Source of the DNA: Chrysochromulina tobinii
Lineage: Eukaryota
DNA length: 44,372 nt
Direction: 5' to 3'
Assembly: GCA_001275005.1 (NCBI GenBank)
Contig: JWZX01002974.1
Location: 1-44,372, forward strand
Of the stretch, positions 1 to 10,878 are shown piece after piece. The translations under genes were made by a program, and so were the position numbers. The notes below the pieces were generated by a model, which saw nothing but the letters and a program-made list of their open reading frames with translations, had not been told where the DNA came from and ran no database searches. Position 1 is the stretch's first letter, and each line of letters opens with the position of its first letter.

Positions 1-482
1 CTTGGGCCCCATCCGCGATCACCACGGCTTATGATTTTCAAACGACGATTTTTCGTCCATTTTCGCTCACTTTACCGCTCAGGCGGCCCCGGCATGTATT
101 ACACTGTGTAGAACGAAGTGCTAGTGCACATTACCGGACCCCGCCTCCGTTTGAGACTAACATTGGGGACCAGAGGGTGGAATTGCGCCCAACGACCCGG
201 GCGCACGAGCGCGGCCGCCCGTCCGCGCCGGGGCGCGGGGCGGCGGCGGACCGGCGCGGCGCGTGCGGCATGCGCGATCGCGGGCCGAATTCGGATTTCC
301 ATTTCGTCGTACCATCTTGGACGCTAGCGCGTACGGTCCGCTATCCGGTATCCGGTAAAGCGCTATAGACCGTCTTACAGTGTGCAATCCCCTTCCTCTC
401 CTCTCGACTCGTCTCGACAGATGCGTCGGGTCTCGTCAGAGCTGCCCGGCTGTGCGGCCGGCACGCACACCTCCGCTCTACT

Positions 483-2484
483 CTACTGAGCCTCTGCCTG
501 CGCCTGCGACGACCTGGCGGCTCGGGCCGCGCGCAGCGCTCTACCCCTCCGCTCGTACTGCTTGCGAAGGCGGGCGACGTCCCTCTCAAAGTTGGCCTGC
601 TGGCAGTTGAGCTCCTCCTCGATCTCCTCGAGGCTTAGGCTCGAGAAGTCAAACTTGGCCTTCGCGCTCGCACCAGCTGGGCCGGCGGCTGCCTCGGGTG
701 CGCCCCCAACCGGCTCGAGATCGCCACCAGATTGCCTCGCAACCAGATCGCAAGCTTTCGGGGAGATCATCGAGATCATCGAGGGCGCCTGGGAACGCAT
801 CGAAGGCACCGAGCTTGGCGACGAGACGGCCTCTCCAGTGACGAAGCCTGAGGAACCAAATGCGGAACCGTCCGAATTTGGCGACGAGACGGCCTCGCTC
901 GCGGGCGCCGTGACGAGCACAGGTGCGACCAGCGGCGATGCGGGTTCCGGCGGCGATGGGAGGGTGACCGGCAATGACGAAGCGGGTTCCGGCGGCGATG
1001 GGAGGGTGACCGGCAGTGACGAAGCGGGTTCCGGCGGCGATGGGAGGGTGACCGGTAGCGACGCGGTTGCAATTGGCAGCGACGCGATTGCGACCGGTGG
1101 CGAAGCGGGTGCCGATGGCGAGCGGTCGAACTGGTGCATGAAGGCGGGGATGGAGCCGTTAGCCATTGACGGCAGCAAGTCGGTACCAATCGACGAAAGC
1201 GAGCCGTTGATGACGGTCGTGCCGCTGCTCATTCCGGCGCCGCTTCTGAAGACGGTCGTGCCGTTGCTCACTACGGCGTCGCCTGTGTCGCTCGTGAAGC
1301 TGCTCACCGCGGCGCCACTTTTGAAGACGGCCGTGCCGCTCTCGCTCACCGCCGCACCGCCATGTATGTGCGTGTTGCCCACCGCATCGCCACGGAGGTT
1401 GGTGGTGCCTGCCCCAAAGCCGTCGCCACAGAGCCGTTGAGTGTTCGCCATCGCCTGCGCGCTCGACACGCTGTGCCTGCGTTGGCGCCACTCACTCAGC
1501 GGCTCCAGCGCGGCGCAGACGAGCGTCCGGAGGATGCCAGCTGCCTGCACCTCGCGCCCGGTCACCACGCACGCATTCATTTCCAACTCGGCGCTCGACG
1601 GGCGCACGTCAGGCTCCTTCTGCAGGCAAGCGCTCACGAAGGCCACGAGGTTGGCTGACCAACGCTCGGGCTCGTTGAACGTGGGTGGCGGCTTGCTTGG
1701 GATGAGGAAGATGGCGCGGAGCGGGTGCAGGTTGGAGTAGGGCGGCTGCCCCTCTGCGAGCTCGATCGTGGTGATCCCGAGCGACCACACGTCCGCCTTG
1801 GCGTCGTAACCCGTCGGGTTGTCGCGGATCACTTCGGGCGCCATCCAGAAGGGCGTGCCGATGATCGTGCCACAGCGCGAGATGGTACTGCTGAGTGTCC
1901 TGGATACGCCAAAGTCAGCGAGCTTGACCATGCCTGAATCCGAGAGCAGCAGGTTGCCCGCTTTGACGTCCCTGTGTATGAACCCACGCGCGTGCAGATA
2001 GCGCAGCCCGTCGAGCGTGCCCGCAACAGCAGCAGCGATCTGCGCCTCATTGAGGCAGCGGCCGCGCGCCTCCATGATGTCGCTGAGAGATGAGCCCACG
2101 CAAAACTCCATGATGATCCAGAGCTCGCCGTCCTTGCTCACCGATCCAAAGTACTTGACGATGTTGGGCGCGTCGCACTGCTTGAGCGTCTCAATCTCGC
2201 GGCTCACCTCGCCGGCATCCTGCTCGACAGGAATGATCTTGACGGCTGCAAGCTCCGCCGTCGTCGTGTTGCGCGCCTTGAACACCTTGCCAAAGGAGCT
2301 GCACAAGCACACGGACAGCGCAGATAGTCAACGAGGATGCCACGGAGCGGAGCCTTGAAGAGAGGCAAGCGCACCCTTCCCCCAGCTTCTCCAGCAGCGT
2401 CCAACCATCGAGCGTGTCAGTCTCCGGCAACGCTTCGGTTGATGTCAGGCCCTCTTGGGCATCGAGAAAGAAATCCGACTTCAT
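483..2484 (-). CDS. STE20-family (MST/Hippo-like) Ser/Thr kinase with C-terminal SARAH-like helix; 2 exons (2375-2484, 483-2298)
   Basis: Splicing a 76-nt GT-AG intron (2299-2374; GG|gtgcgc...ttgac...ttgtgcag|CTCC) joins MKSDFF...LEKLGEG to SFGKVFKA and restores GxGxFG. The rest of the kinase has AVKII, HRDVKAGNLLL, DFG and the STE20 signature GTPFWMAPEV. The C-terminus FDFSSLSLEEIEEELNCQQANFERDVARLRKQYERRGRAL resembles the MST SARAH helix. Confidence 0.9.
940..1056 (-). repeat. 42-bp coding tandem repeat (~2.8 copies; SLPVTLPSPPEPAS) in the kinase linker
   Basis: gcgggttccggcggcgatgggagggtgaccgg recurs at 940, 982 and 1024. Confidence 0.9.
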
Positions 2485-2582
2485 ACTATGTATCACCGCC
2501 GCCCTCCTCGCCAGAGAGGCAGTGCCCTCCTCCGTAGCGAAGCATAAATGGTTGCCGAAACCCTCGCGCGCCGCAAAGTTCA

Positions 2583-5500
2583 ATGGTTGCCGAAACCCTG
2601 CGGTACCCTCAGCAGAACGGATACTTCCAAACGCACCGATTGATATTGGACCCTTCATGCCCGAATCATCCTGAAGCCTGGTATGCTCGCGCCTCGGGCC
2701 AAACCTGCGCGAAACAGACTCATTTTTTCGGCCTCTTCTTGCGGCTTTTTGCCATCCACCTCGTCGCACCCACGCAAAGCCCTCGGATGCAAGACGTGCG
2801 AGCAGCGCCACACGGTGACGACGCCGTCCTGCGCAACATGAGCCTCCTCCTAGGCCTCACAGGCTCGCCGGGCTACCAAGTGGACGCGGCCTCGTCGCCC
2901 ACCTTCACGAGCCGAATGACGCTCGAGACTGCTGAGCTGGCCAGGAGAAGGGCCATGGAAGGGCCGCCCGTGGTCATCGTGGTCAACCTCCCTAGCTCTC
3001 CACCGCGAACCAACCTATCGCCACAACGATCTCGAGCAACTTATCAGGATGGCACGCTCTCGGACGATAGTGTTGCAGATTCTGCGCGTGACTTCATTGG
3101 CTCCCTCTCCGCCACTCTCGCGACAGCAGGAGCAGCTGCAGCTGGGTCGAATGCCGTGGCAGCCTCTGCCTCATTCGCTGCCATGCCAGCTGCTAGGCCT
3201 TCTCAGGCACCCGCTTCCATGGTGCCAAAGGATCGCCGCGGATGGTTTAGTGGGTTGTTCGGAATCCTCGCGCCTCAGGTTCAGGAAGAAACCACCCCGT
3301 CTTCTGCCCACCCCAGCCTCGAACCACCCACAACGACTCCGAGCCCATCTTCATCAAGGCAAGTTCACGTCGGCTTCGTCTCGCATGCCGACAGCCCTCC
3401 TCCGGTTCCCTTGTTCGTCTCGTACTCAGAGGGTGCGTATGCCACGACTACAGTAGCACCTGAAGGTGCGGCGGCGAGCTCTTCGGTCGTGGCAGCGCCT
3501 GCGGCCGAGGCGGCAGCACATCCGGTCGAGCCAACGGTGGTAGCACTTGCGGCGGAGGCGGAGGAGACTCAGGTCGATGACGCGGCGGCCAAGATCCAGG
3601 TGGGTGCGGCGGCCTACCTATTGAGAAAGCGAGCGGAGCGAAACGGAAAGAAGAAGGAACCGCTACCTCTGCCCGAGGGCGCGATCGCCTTCGAGGCGTT
3701 GATCACTCGGGCTCCCGACGGCTCACTAGGTTTGTCCATCGACTCGATTGGGGGCGTCGGATCCGTGTCGGGAATCGTCCCTGGCGGTGCTGCCGATCAG
3801 AGTCGCTGTGGCATCCAGTTGGGCGACCTTATCTACGGCGTGAATAATGTTGTCCACAGCACTGCCGAAGCAGTGTTGCGCGCTCTGCGCGTCTGCCGCA
3901 ACGAGGCCGTTCTGCGTCTAGGGATCATCCGGCCGCCCATGCGCACGCTGCTGACTGGGCAGGCGCACGTTCAGCTACACCAAGAGTGGGAGGGCGGCCG
4001 CTCCGTCGATCACGGAGTGTGCGAAGTTACAGTAAACTCCGATCGCACCCTCAACATAATATCTGCCGACGCCGATGGCGTCGCGCTCAGGCACGTGTTT
4101 GTGTTGCAGAAGATGATCGAGATGCGCGTCATGAGACAGCAGTTTCTTTCAGTCGCGGCTGCGGCTGAAGAATTCCAGGCGGCCATCGCACGCAGCGCTG
4201 AGGAGGCCGGCGAGGGCGTGGGCGAGAGCCCTTTGCCCGCACAAACGCACACGCCGACCAAGCCCAAGTACGATGCGGAGGCAAACTCGCTGCAACTGCG
4301 CTTCGAGGACGATTCTTCCCACTGGTTTACCAGGACGATTCTTCTGGAGCTCTACACGGCGTCGCAGGAAGAGCTAAGGAGCTGGGAGGCGTTCCTACAG
4401 TCGCTCGTCTTGAGCAAGCGCGAAGCTCCTCCCCCGGACGTGCACTGCGACAAGGGGCACGTTCTCGCGCGCCTGGCAGCCCCGCCATCCTACGGGCCGT
4501 ATAATGGAGTACCTGGCTGCTGCGATGTCTGCGGCGCCACCCCCGAGCTGGCACCAGGCTATGGGTTCCAATTCCACTGCCGCATTTGCAGCTATGACAT
4601 GTGCAGCAAGTGTATGAACGAGCAGAAGCCCCCTCGCAAGACGATGGGCTCTTGGGACGAGGTGCTCTGGGAGGCGAGTTCGTGGGACAATACTGGAGTC
4701 ACAGCCGACGTGCTCTTCGTCGACCACCTGATGCATCGTGCGCCGCCGCTGTCGAGCTTGGTGCCCCTTGCGAAGGACGAGGTGGCTGAGGCTGCTCCTT
4801 CTGCCGACGTCGATGACGCGGCGGAGCCTGCGCCTGTGGCTGAGCCCGAGGCTGAGCTACCACGTGCAGAGGTGACATCGCCGGGATCGGCCAAGGGCAG
4901 GCGCTCTTCGAAGACGTGGAGCCCATTACGTACGTTGTCCCGTCTCGTGGGCAGCCCGATTCGTGATCCGAAAGAGAAGGCCAAGGACAAGGCGTCGGCT
5001 ATCCTGCAGCTGGCGGCAAGCAACCACCTGAAGAGAAGAGAGGAGCTCCTCGCCAAGCAGAAGGCCGATGAAGAGAGCGCGGCCGGCGTCTCGAAACAGC
5101 CTGAGACGCCGAACCCAATGACTCCCGTACGTGCGCTTCCGCTGGACCCGGAGCCCGTTGCTTCCTTGTTAGACGCGGTGTCTGCTGCTTCACTACGTGC
5201 AGCCGGTAAGACCAGCGAGGCCGGCAACGTCGTCGCCGACAGCGATGCCAGCGAAACCAGCGACCTCGCTAAGGCCATCGAGGCCCACGACACTTTCGAG
5301 GCTAGCGAATCTAACAAGGTGGACACTGCAAGCGAGGCCAGCAAGGGGAGGCTAGAGCATGCTGGCCTCGCAACAAGGGTAGAGCATGGCGACGCCGCCG
5401 CCGAAGATGTCAGCCTCTCGAAGCCTGAGACGCCGATCCTACAGTCTTTATGGACACGGCCGATGACTCCCGACGAGGCCGGAGCTCGCCTCCGATCCGG

Positions 5501-5696
5501 GGCGGCATCTCCAGAGGCGATGGCTGCAGCACGGCGTGCAGCCATGGCGGTGAGCATGAACGCTGAGGCGCAGGCCGCTGCTGCCCACGCGGCTGCAGCG
5601 GTCGCCCAAGCCGCCGCAGCTGCAGCCGCGGCCGCGGCTGAGGTGTACTTTGCTAAAGGGGTAGACCTCTCTAGTCCGACGAAGTACGATGCATGA
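2583..5696 (+). CDS. Large scaffold-like protein with IQ-like motif, PDZ domain and ZZ-type zinc finger (start may be ATG 2787)
   Basis: 1037-aa open ORF. PDZ-like segment ITRAPDGSLGLSI...SGIVPGGAADQS..IQLGDLIYGVNN; ZZ-like CDVC...FHCRICSYDMCSKC; IQ-like AAAKIQVGAAAYLLRKR. The remainder is low complexity. Confidence 0.75.
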   Translation: MVAETLRYPQQNGYFQTHRLILDPSCPNHPEAWYARASGQTCAKQTHFFGLFLRLFAIHLVAPTQSPRMQDVRAAPHGDDAVLRNMSLLLGLTGSPGYQVDAASSPTFTSRMTLETAELARRRAMEGPPVVIVVNLPSSPPRTNLSPQRSRATYQDGTLSDDSVADSARDFIGSLSATLATAGAAAAGSNAVAASASFAAMPAARPSQAPASMVPKDRRGWFSGLFGILAPQVQEETTPSSAHPSLEPPTTTPSPSSSRQVHVGFVSHADSPPPVPLFVSYSEGAYATTTVAPEGAAASSSVVAAPAAEAAAHPVEPTVVALAAEAEETQVDDAAAKIQVGAAAYLLRKRAERNGKKKEPLPLPEGAIAFEALITRAPDGSLGLSIDSIGGVGSVSGIVPGGAADQSRCGIQLGDLIYGVNNVVHSTAEAVLRALRVCRNEAVLRLGIIRPPMRTLLTGQAHVQLHQEWEGGRSVDHGVCEVTVNSDRTLNIISADADGVALRHVFVLQKMIEMRVMRQQFLSVAAAAEEFQAAIARSAEEAGEGVGESPLPAQTHTPTKPKYDAEANSLQLRFEDDSSHWFTRTILLELYTASQEELRSWEAFLQSLVLSKREAPPPDVHCDKGHVLARLAAPPSYGPYNGVPGCCDVCGATPELAPGYGFQFHCRICSYDMCSKCMNEQKPPRKTMGSWDEVLWEASSWDNTGVTADVLFVDHLMHRAPPLSSLVPLAKDEVAEAAPSADVDDAAEPAPVAEPEAELPRAEVTSPGSAKGRRSSKTWSPLRTLSRLVGSPIRDPKEKAKDKASAILQLAASNHLKRREELLAKQKADEESAAGVSKQPETPNPMTPVRALPLDPEPVASLLDAVSAASLRAAGKTSEAGNVVADSDASETSDLAKAIEAHDTFEASESNKVDTASEASKGRLEHAGLATRVEHGDAAAEDVSLSKPETPILQSLWTRPMTPDEAGARLRSGAASPEAMAAARRAAMAVSMNAEAQAAAAHAAAAVAQAAAAAAAAAAEVYFAKGVDLSSPTKYDA

Positions 5697-6043
5697 ATGA
5701 TCTACGACTAGGCCTGAGCCCTATAATTGCTAATATCCATATCGCGTATGGGAGGCGGCAATGACGATGACGGGACCGCTTGAGAGTCGAGTTGAGCCGG
5801 CTTGACACGGGTGAGGCATGGGGTCTAACTGAGTTACGTATATCGCGCATGAATTTACGTCATTGCAGCACATGTGAGTTCTTGCCGGGCAAGTTCAACG
5901 TAGTATGTACAAGGACCATGTAGCAGCCACACAGCTGGTCCGCACGCACGCTGACTCGTGTCAATTCGTCGAAACGACTGTACCTTGACACAACCGAACC
6001 GGCGACCGGCGACCGGCAAACCGCGAAACCGGCGCGTTTCGTT

Positions 6044-6871
6044 TCAATCCCTCGCCACGATGAGCGACCGGTTGAAGGCGCGGTATAGCACCTCGACGCG
6101 CGCGAAGCCAGCCTCGCGAAGCAGCTGCACCTGCTCGGCCTCGCTCACCGCGTCGTCCAGCTTCTTCCCAATGTACTTGGCGTGGTACGTGTCCCAGCTC
6201 ATCATGTCGGACTGCCCCGCAGACAATGCGTCCCACAGGCCGCTGTAATCTGAGCTGAAGACGCTCTGTGCGTCAAACGTGAACCGGTCCAAGACGACTA
6301 CCGGAGCGCCTGGCTGCAGATGCCGGCGCGCGAGCGCGAGCGCGCTCCGCTTGCCCTCCACATTCAGCTCGTGCAGCATCTGCACGTAGGTAACTGCCGC
6401 AAAGGGCGAGCCGAGAGCTCGGAGCGTCTCATCGATCTGCTGCTCGGTGGCCGTTTCGAAGTCTAGATGGCGCGTTTCCATGGTGGGCGCAATCTCACGG
6501 GCAATCGCCAGCATTGCCTCACTGCCATCGACGCCGACACACCTTGCGTTTGGCGGCAGTGCACTACAAATGGCGGCCCCCGAGAGGCCACTGCCACATC
6601 CCACTTCTAGTATGGTCGGGTTGGCGATCTGCGGCGACAATGCCACCCGCCGACAGACGGCACCTAAAATTGAAAGTTGCCGAGCGCGGTCCGGGTTTGT
6701 GCGCTCCGCACCGCCACCGAGCGACCACTCGCGAGCAAACGTGGGATTCTGCCATTCATCGCGCACCGACTTCTTGTTTCCGGTCGCGTGCCGCCGCACG
6801 GTGGTCGCCACTCGTCGGGTCATTGGCTTTATGGCGCTGCGGCCCATTGAGCTGGCTTTTAATGTTTGCAT
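6044..6871 (-). CDS. Class I SAM-dependent methyltransferase
   Basis: Motif I ILEVGCGSG, post-I VGVDGSEAML, MLHEL, and LQPGAPVVVLD. The N-terminus is Arg/Ser/Thr-rich and could be a transit peptide. Confidence 0.85.
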   Translation of the reverse strand: MQTLKASSMGRSAIKPMTRRVATTVRRHATGNKKSVRDEWQNPTFAREWSLGGGAERTNPDRARQLSILGAVCRRVALSPQIANPTILEVGCGSGLSGAAICSALPPNARCVGVDGSEAMLAIAREIAPTMETRHLDFETATEQQIDETLRALGSPFAAVTYVQMLHELNVEGKRSALALARRHLQPGAPVVVLDRFTFDAQSVFSSDYSGLWDALSAGQSDMMSWDTYHAKYIGKKLDDAVSEAEQVQLLREAGFARVEVLYRAFNRSLIVARD

Positions 6872-7130
6872 GCCTCCACGTACCGCGTTTCACCAAGACA
6901 ATGAAAGAGACACCGTCGACCCGCGGCGTCCTAGAACGCCGACGGCGGAAAAAAACATGTTGCAACTCATGTTGCATTGCGAAACGAGCGCGCGCCGCAG
7001 CGTGTTACATGTACCCGGTTGGAAGTAAGTTCATGAAACCATCTGTACGGGTACGCTACTAAAGACTGACGGTTTTCACACGTCAACGTGCGGGACACGC
7101 TCTCGGGTCGAGGACTTTGTTTACGCGGAC

Positions 7131-9882
7131 ATGTTGGCCGACAAGTTGCTTGCGGACGTGCGTGCGCTGAAGGCACGCATCTCGACAGCGACCGACCTGC
7201 CGCCCGTATCGCGCACCATCCATCAAATCGCGGAGGAGAGCAAGCGCATGCTCGACGAGAGCAATCCAGCAGCTGCGCCACCTGGAGCTGCGCAACGCTT
7301 TCTAGAACAGAATGGAGTCGACACTGGCAGTCTGGATCCATCCGCATACGAGTTTACGCGGGCCGAGGGTGATGAAGCGCCAAGCCCGCCGCTCGGCATC
7401 AAGGAGAACCTCGAAGCCATTCTGACGAACCACGAGAACCAGGTGATGGTCGAGGTGATCAACGAGGCCAACCAGCGCATCTTTGACGACTTCGAGGTGC
7501 TGCTCTTCAAGGAGTTTCGACGCGAGCACGACGAGTGGCGCACGAAATTGCTCGAGACATACGAGACGTACGGCCACGCTCCCGCGGGTTGCCACCCTGC
7601 CGCCACCGCATACGGCCATGGGCCGGTGGCGGCTGCTGGGAATGCGAGCGCAGCCGCCATGGATACGACATCTGGGCAGCCCTCGCGTGGTCGGTCGAAG
7701 CGGTCGGTCGCCTTCGCGAGCGCGCTCAAGTCCCTGTGGGAAGAGCGCGCGCGCGGCGGCGCGGTGGGCGGCGGCGGCGAACACGGGAGCATGGCGGGCA
7801 GCCTCCTGACGAAATGGAAGGATGTTGCCGAGAAGCCCGAGCACCTCGACACAGACTCGAGCCGGAAGCTGGCCAACTGCTGGCAGCTGCTTCAGTCGAT
7901 AAGTAACGCGGCCGGCGCGCTGCCTCAGCGCCCCACCGACACCGCCGCCGACGCCGAGCGCCGCCTGTCCATGCTCCGGGGCACAACGGCACACCTCGGC
8001 AGTCAGCAGCTGAAGGCGCTCAAAGATGAGATCTCGAGACATCCGGCGGCGGCGGCTCGCGGGAACTACCCGGGCGTCGAGTTCGACGCGGCTGCCAAGG
8101 TGCGCCTCGATCAACGCCTCGATGCCGAAAAGGGGCCCACACAGAAGGTGTATTTGCTTCACGAGGGTGTCCGTGTGTCGGAGACGCCCTTATGGCGGAC
8201 AGTCTATTGGTGCCTGCGCTGCGGCGACGTGGCGGCCGCGCTCCGCTTGATGGACCCGGAGCAGCTCGTGCCAGAAGGATACGGACAGGTCGCTACTTCC
8301 TGGCAGGCTCTCTACCGGCTGGCGAAGAAGCTCCGCGATCTCGACGTGCGCCCCTCAGGAGGCCTGGTGGCCACGGGGGGGGGTCTCTTACCTTTCGCGA
8401 GCAGCTCAACACAAGACCTCGCGGCCTCGATCGAGGCCGCGCGTGTCGAGTACTGGGCACAGCAGCAGCCGCGCGACAAGTGGATGGATGCCGTGTACTC
8501 GGTACTTGCGGCGCCCCAGCCCAATGCCAAGCTCTACGACCTTATCCAGTTGCCCGCTGGCCAGTCCCCGACCATCGAGGACTGGCTCTGGCATCAGTTG
8601 TGGATGGTGAGGGTGCAGTTGAGCGAGGGGCCCGCGGGCATGGCCGCGAGCAGCGCGCCGCTCGACGAGCTGCAGGCGCTCCTGTCCGAGCAGTGGGGCG
8701 AGGCCCACTTCAATCAGGGGGGGCAGACGCCATTGCTCTTCGTCTCCGTGCTACTTCATTCGCTACAGTTCGAGCGCGCGCTTGAATTCCTCTACAGGCA
8801 GCCCGAGTACAGCGACGAGGCGGTGCACCTCGCACTCGCCCTCGAGCACGCGGGGCTGCTCCCGCACTGGCGACGGACATAAAGCAATCCTCGAGCGCCA
8901 TGCGGACGGATGGGTACGTGTGGACCCTCTGAGTGCACTCCACTATCTCTTCTTGCTAGACGGGTTCGTGCCCTCGGGCGAGACGGAGCGTCTTGCGGTG
9001 GACGCCCTCGTCGACGCCAACGCCGTCCACGTGCTGACGAAGTGCGCGCCCCCCACCGCGCTCGACTTCCTGAACAAGCCGACCCTGCGCCGGCTACGTG
9101 TGGAAGCGGCACGCAAGCTACATCGCGAGCAACGGTCCCCGGCGGTACGCATGCAAGCGCTCGAACTTCTCTTCGTGGCGGAGGCGTATGACGTGCTCGC
9201 CGAGCTCCTCATCGAGATGCTCTGCGATGCGCTCCTCGGGTCCGCGGTCGCAAACCCCATCATCGGCGAGCAAGGTGGTGCTGCCTTCGGTCCGGGAGGC
9301 CCTGTGGCTCAGGACCCAACGCCCGAAGCGCTCGAAAAACAGCTGCGCGACGACGCGCGCGATTTCCTCCAGACGCGCGGATTCAAAGACGCTGCCGAGA
9401 CTAAGGTTCAGGCGCGCGTGCTAGAACTCGTCCTCCAGGTTGCCGAGGTACAATACGCAGCCGCCGCATGGCGGAAGCAGCGCGCGGGCGCGGAGGCGCA
9501 GACCGCGCTCGCGACGACGCTTGACTATCTCGAGCACCTCTGGCTGCTGCCGAGACACCCGTCCGAAGTGGACGCAGCGCACGCGGACTTCCGGCTGCTG
9601 CCATCGCAGGTACAGCGTCTCACACCACCCCTCATCCTAAGCGCCATGGAGGCGACGCATGCCAAGTTCGTCAGCCTTCGAGGCTCCCGATGGGAATACA
9701 AGGCGCCGTCTGCTATGGATGCCGACTTGGCTCGCGAGCTGGGCCGGTTGCGCGCGCGCGCAGAGGCCCTCATCGGCTTTGCGGCCGTCACGTGCCTTGG
9801 GCAGCATCTCAACGTTGGCAACGCAGCCATGCCGCAGCGCGCGAGCCAGCAGCTCGCGACATGGCTCGCTGAGATCTCGTGA
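7131..9882 (+). CDS. NUP93: Nuclear pore protein Nup93/Nic96; split into two frames at ~8865-8882
   Basis: Nup93-like motifs in frame 1: LPPVSRTIHQI, LWRTVYWCLRCGD, TIEDWLWHQL, WGEAHF, PLLFVSVLLHSLQFERALEFL and AVHLALAL. The expected continuation (KAILERHADGWVRVDPLSALHYLFLL) lies in the frame of ORF 8782-9882. Confidence 0.85.
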
Positions 9883-10075
9883 GATCTCGTGAGGAGCTCC
9901 CTGGCTTCGAGGCGATGGGCGCCGAGCTGAGCGCCGAGCTCGCCGAAATCTCGTGAGGAGCTCCCTGGCTTCGAGGCGATGGGCGCCGAGCTGAGCGCCG
10001 AGCTCGCCGAAATCTCGTGAGGAGCTCCGCTGGCTTCGAGGCGATGGGCGCCGAGCTGAGCGCCGAGCTCGCCGA
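9883..10075. repeat. 64-bp tandem repeat x3 beginning at the Nup93 stop codon
   Basis: gaggagctcc(c/g)...ggcttcgaggcgatgggcgccgagctgagcgccgagctcgccga recurs at 9891, 9955 and 10019. Confidence 0.9.
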
Positions 10076-10878
10076 CGCCGAGGGAGGTGCGGGCGAGACG
10101 TGGGCCAGCCACGGCACATGGCATGGGCGAGCTGGTGGCAAAGGTGGGCTACAGCGGGCGGCACGGGCGCGCGCCACTGCACAAATAGGCATGGGAGACA
10201 CAACAAGAACAGGCGCAGGCGAGCGCGCGCGATGGCACACGGAATGAGGGGCGGCGACGCCGAGGGCGATGTGACATGGGCCAGCCACGCATGCTGCCCG
10301 CGTGTGGAGCTGGGCACTCGGGGTGTCAGTACGAATGCCGCGCAGTCTGAGTCTCTCAGAGGACACGCCTCGAGTCGACCTCTCTCAGTGCGTGAATGAT
10401 CCGGGACGGGATGAGTGGCAATGAGTGTCGGAGTTATACGAGGCATGGCTCCACTTGTTGAAAATTATCACATCACACATCCACTAAATTAGAAAAACAA
10501 CATCACAATTTAAAGTCCTACGTAGTAACTAATGTAATGAACCGGCGAAGCAACGCGGGATCGGGTCTTCGGGTGGGTCGCTCGCGCTCGCCGACACTCG
10601 CGATCGATCGATCTGGCACATGCCGAAATGCGCCGGTCGTGTTGTCCATACGGCTTCAGGACTCTACTCTTGTATCCATGCTTGTATGTATCTTTGTATC
10701 TGGTAGGCTCTATCGTAACGTGCCAACTGCTTCGCTGGGCCATTTGGCGGTCGACATGTTGGCGTCGACCATGGAATCGACCGGCTGAAGAGAGAGGCCA
10801 TCGGCGCGGGCATACCAGATGCTTTCTGCTCCATCAGGGGCTCCGGTACCATCTCACCTGCTCTGTGTGTGGTGCCCG

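Noticed and set aside
8782..9882. Independent 366-aa gene
   Set aside because: It starts at TTG inside Nup93 and its sequence is the Nup93 C-terminal part.
9525..10446. Overlapping minus-strand ORFs downstream of Nup93
   Set aside because: They are generated by the 64-bp repeat and GC richness, with no coherent protein signal.
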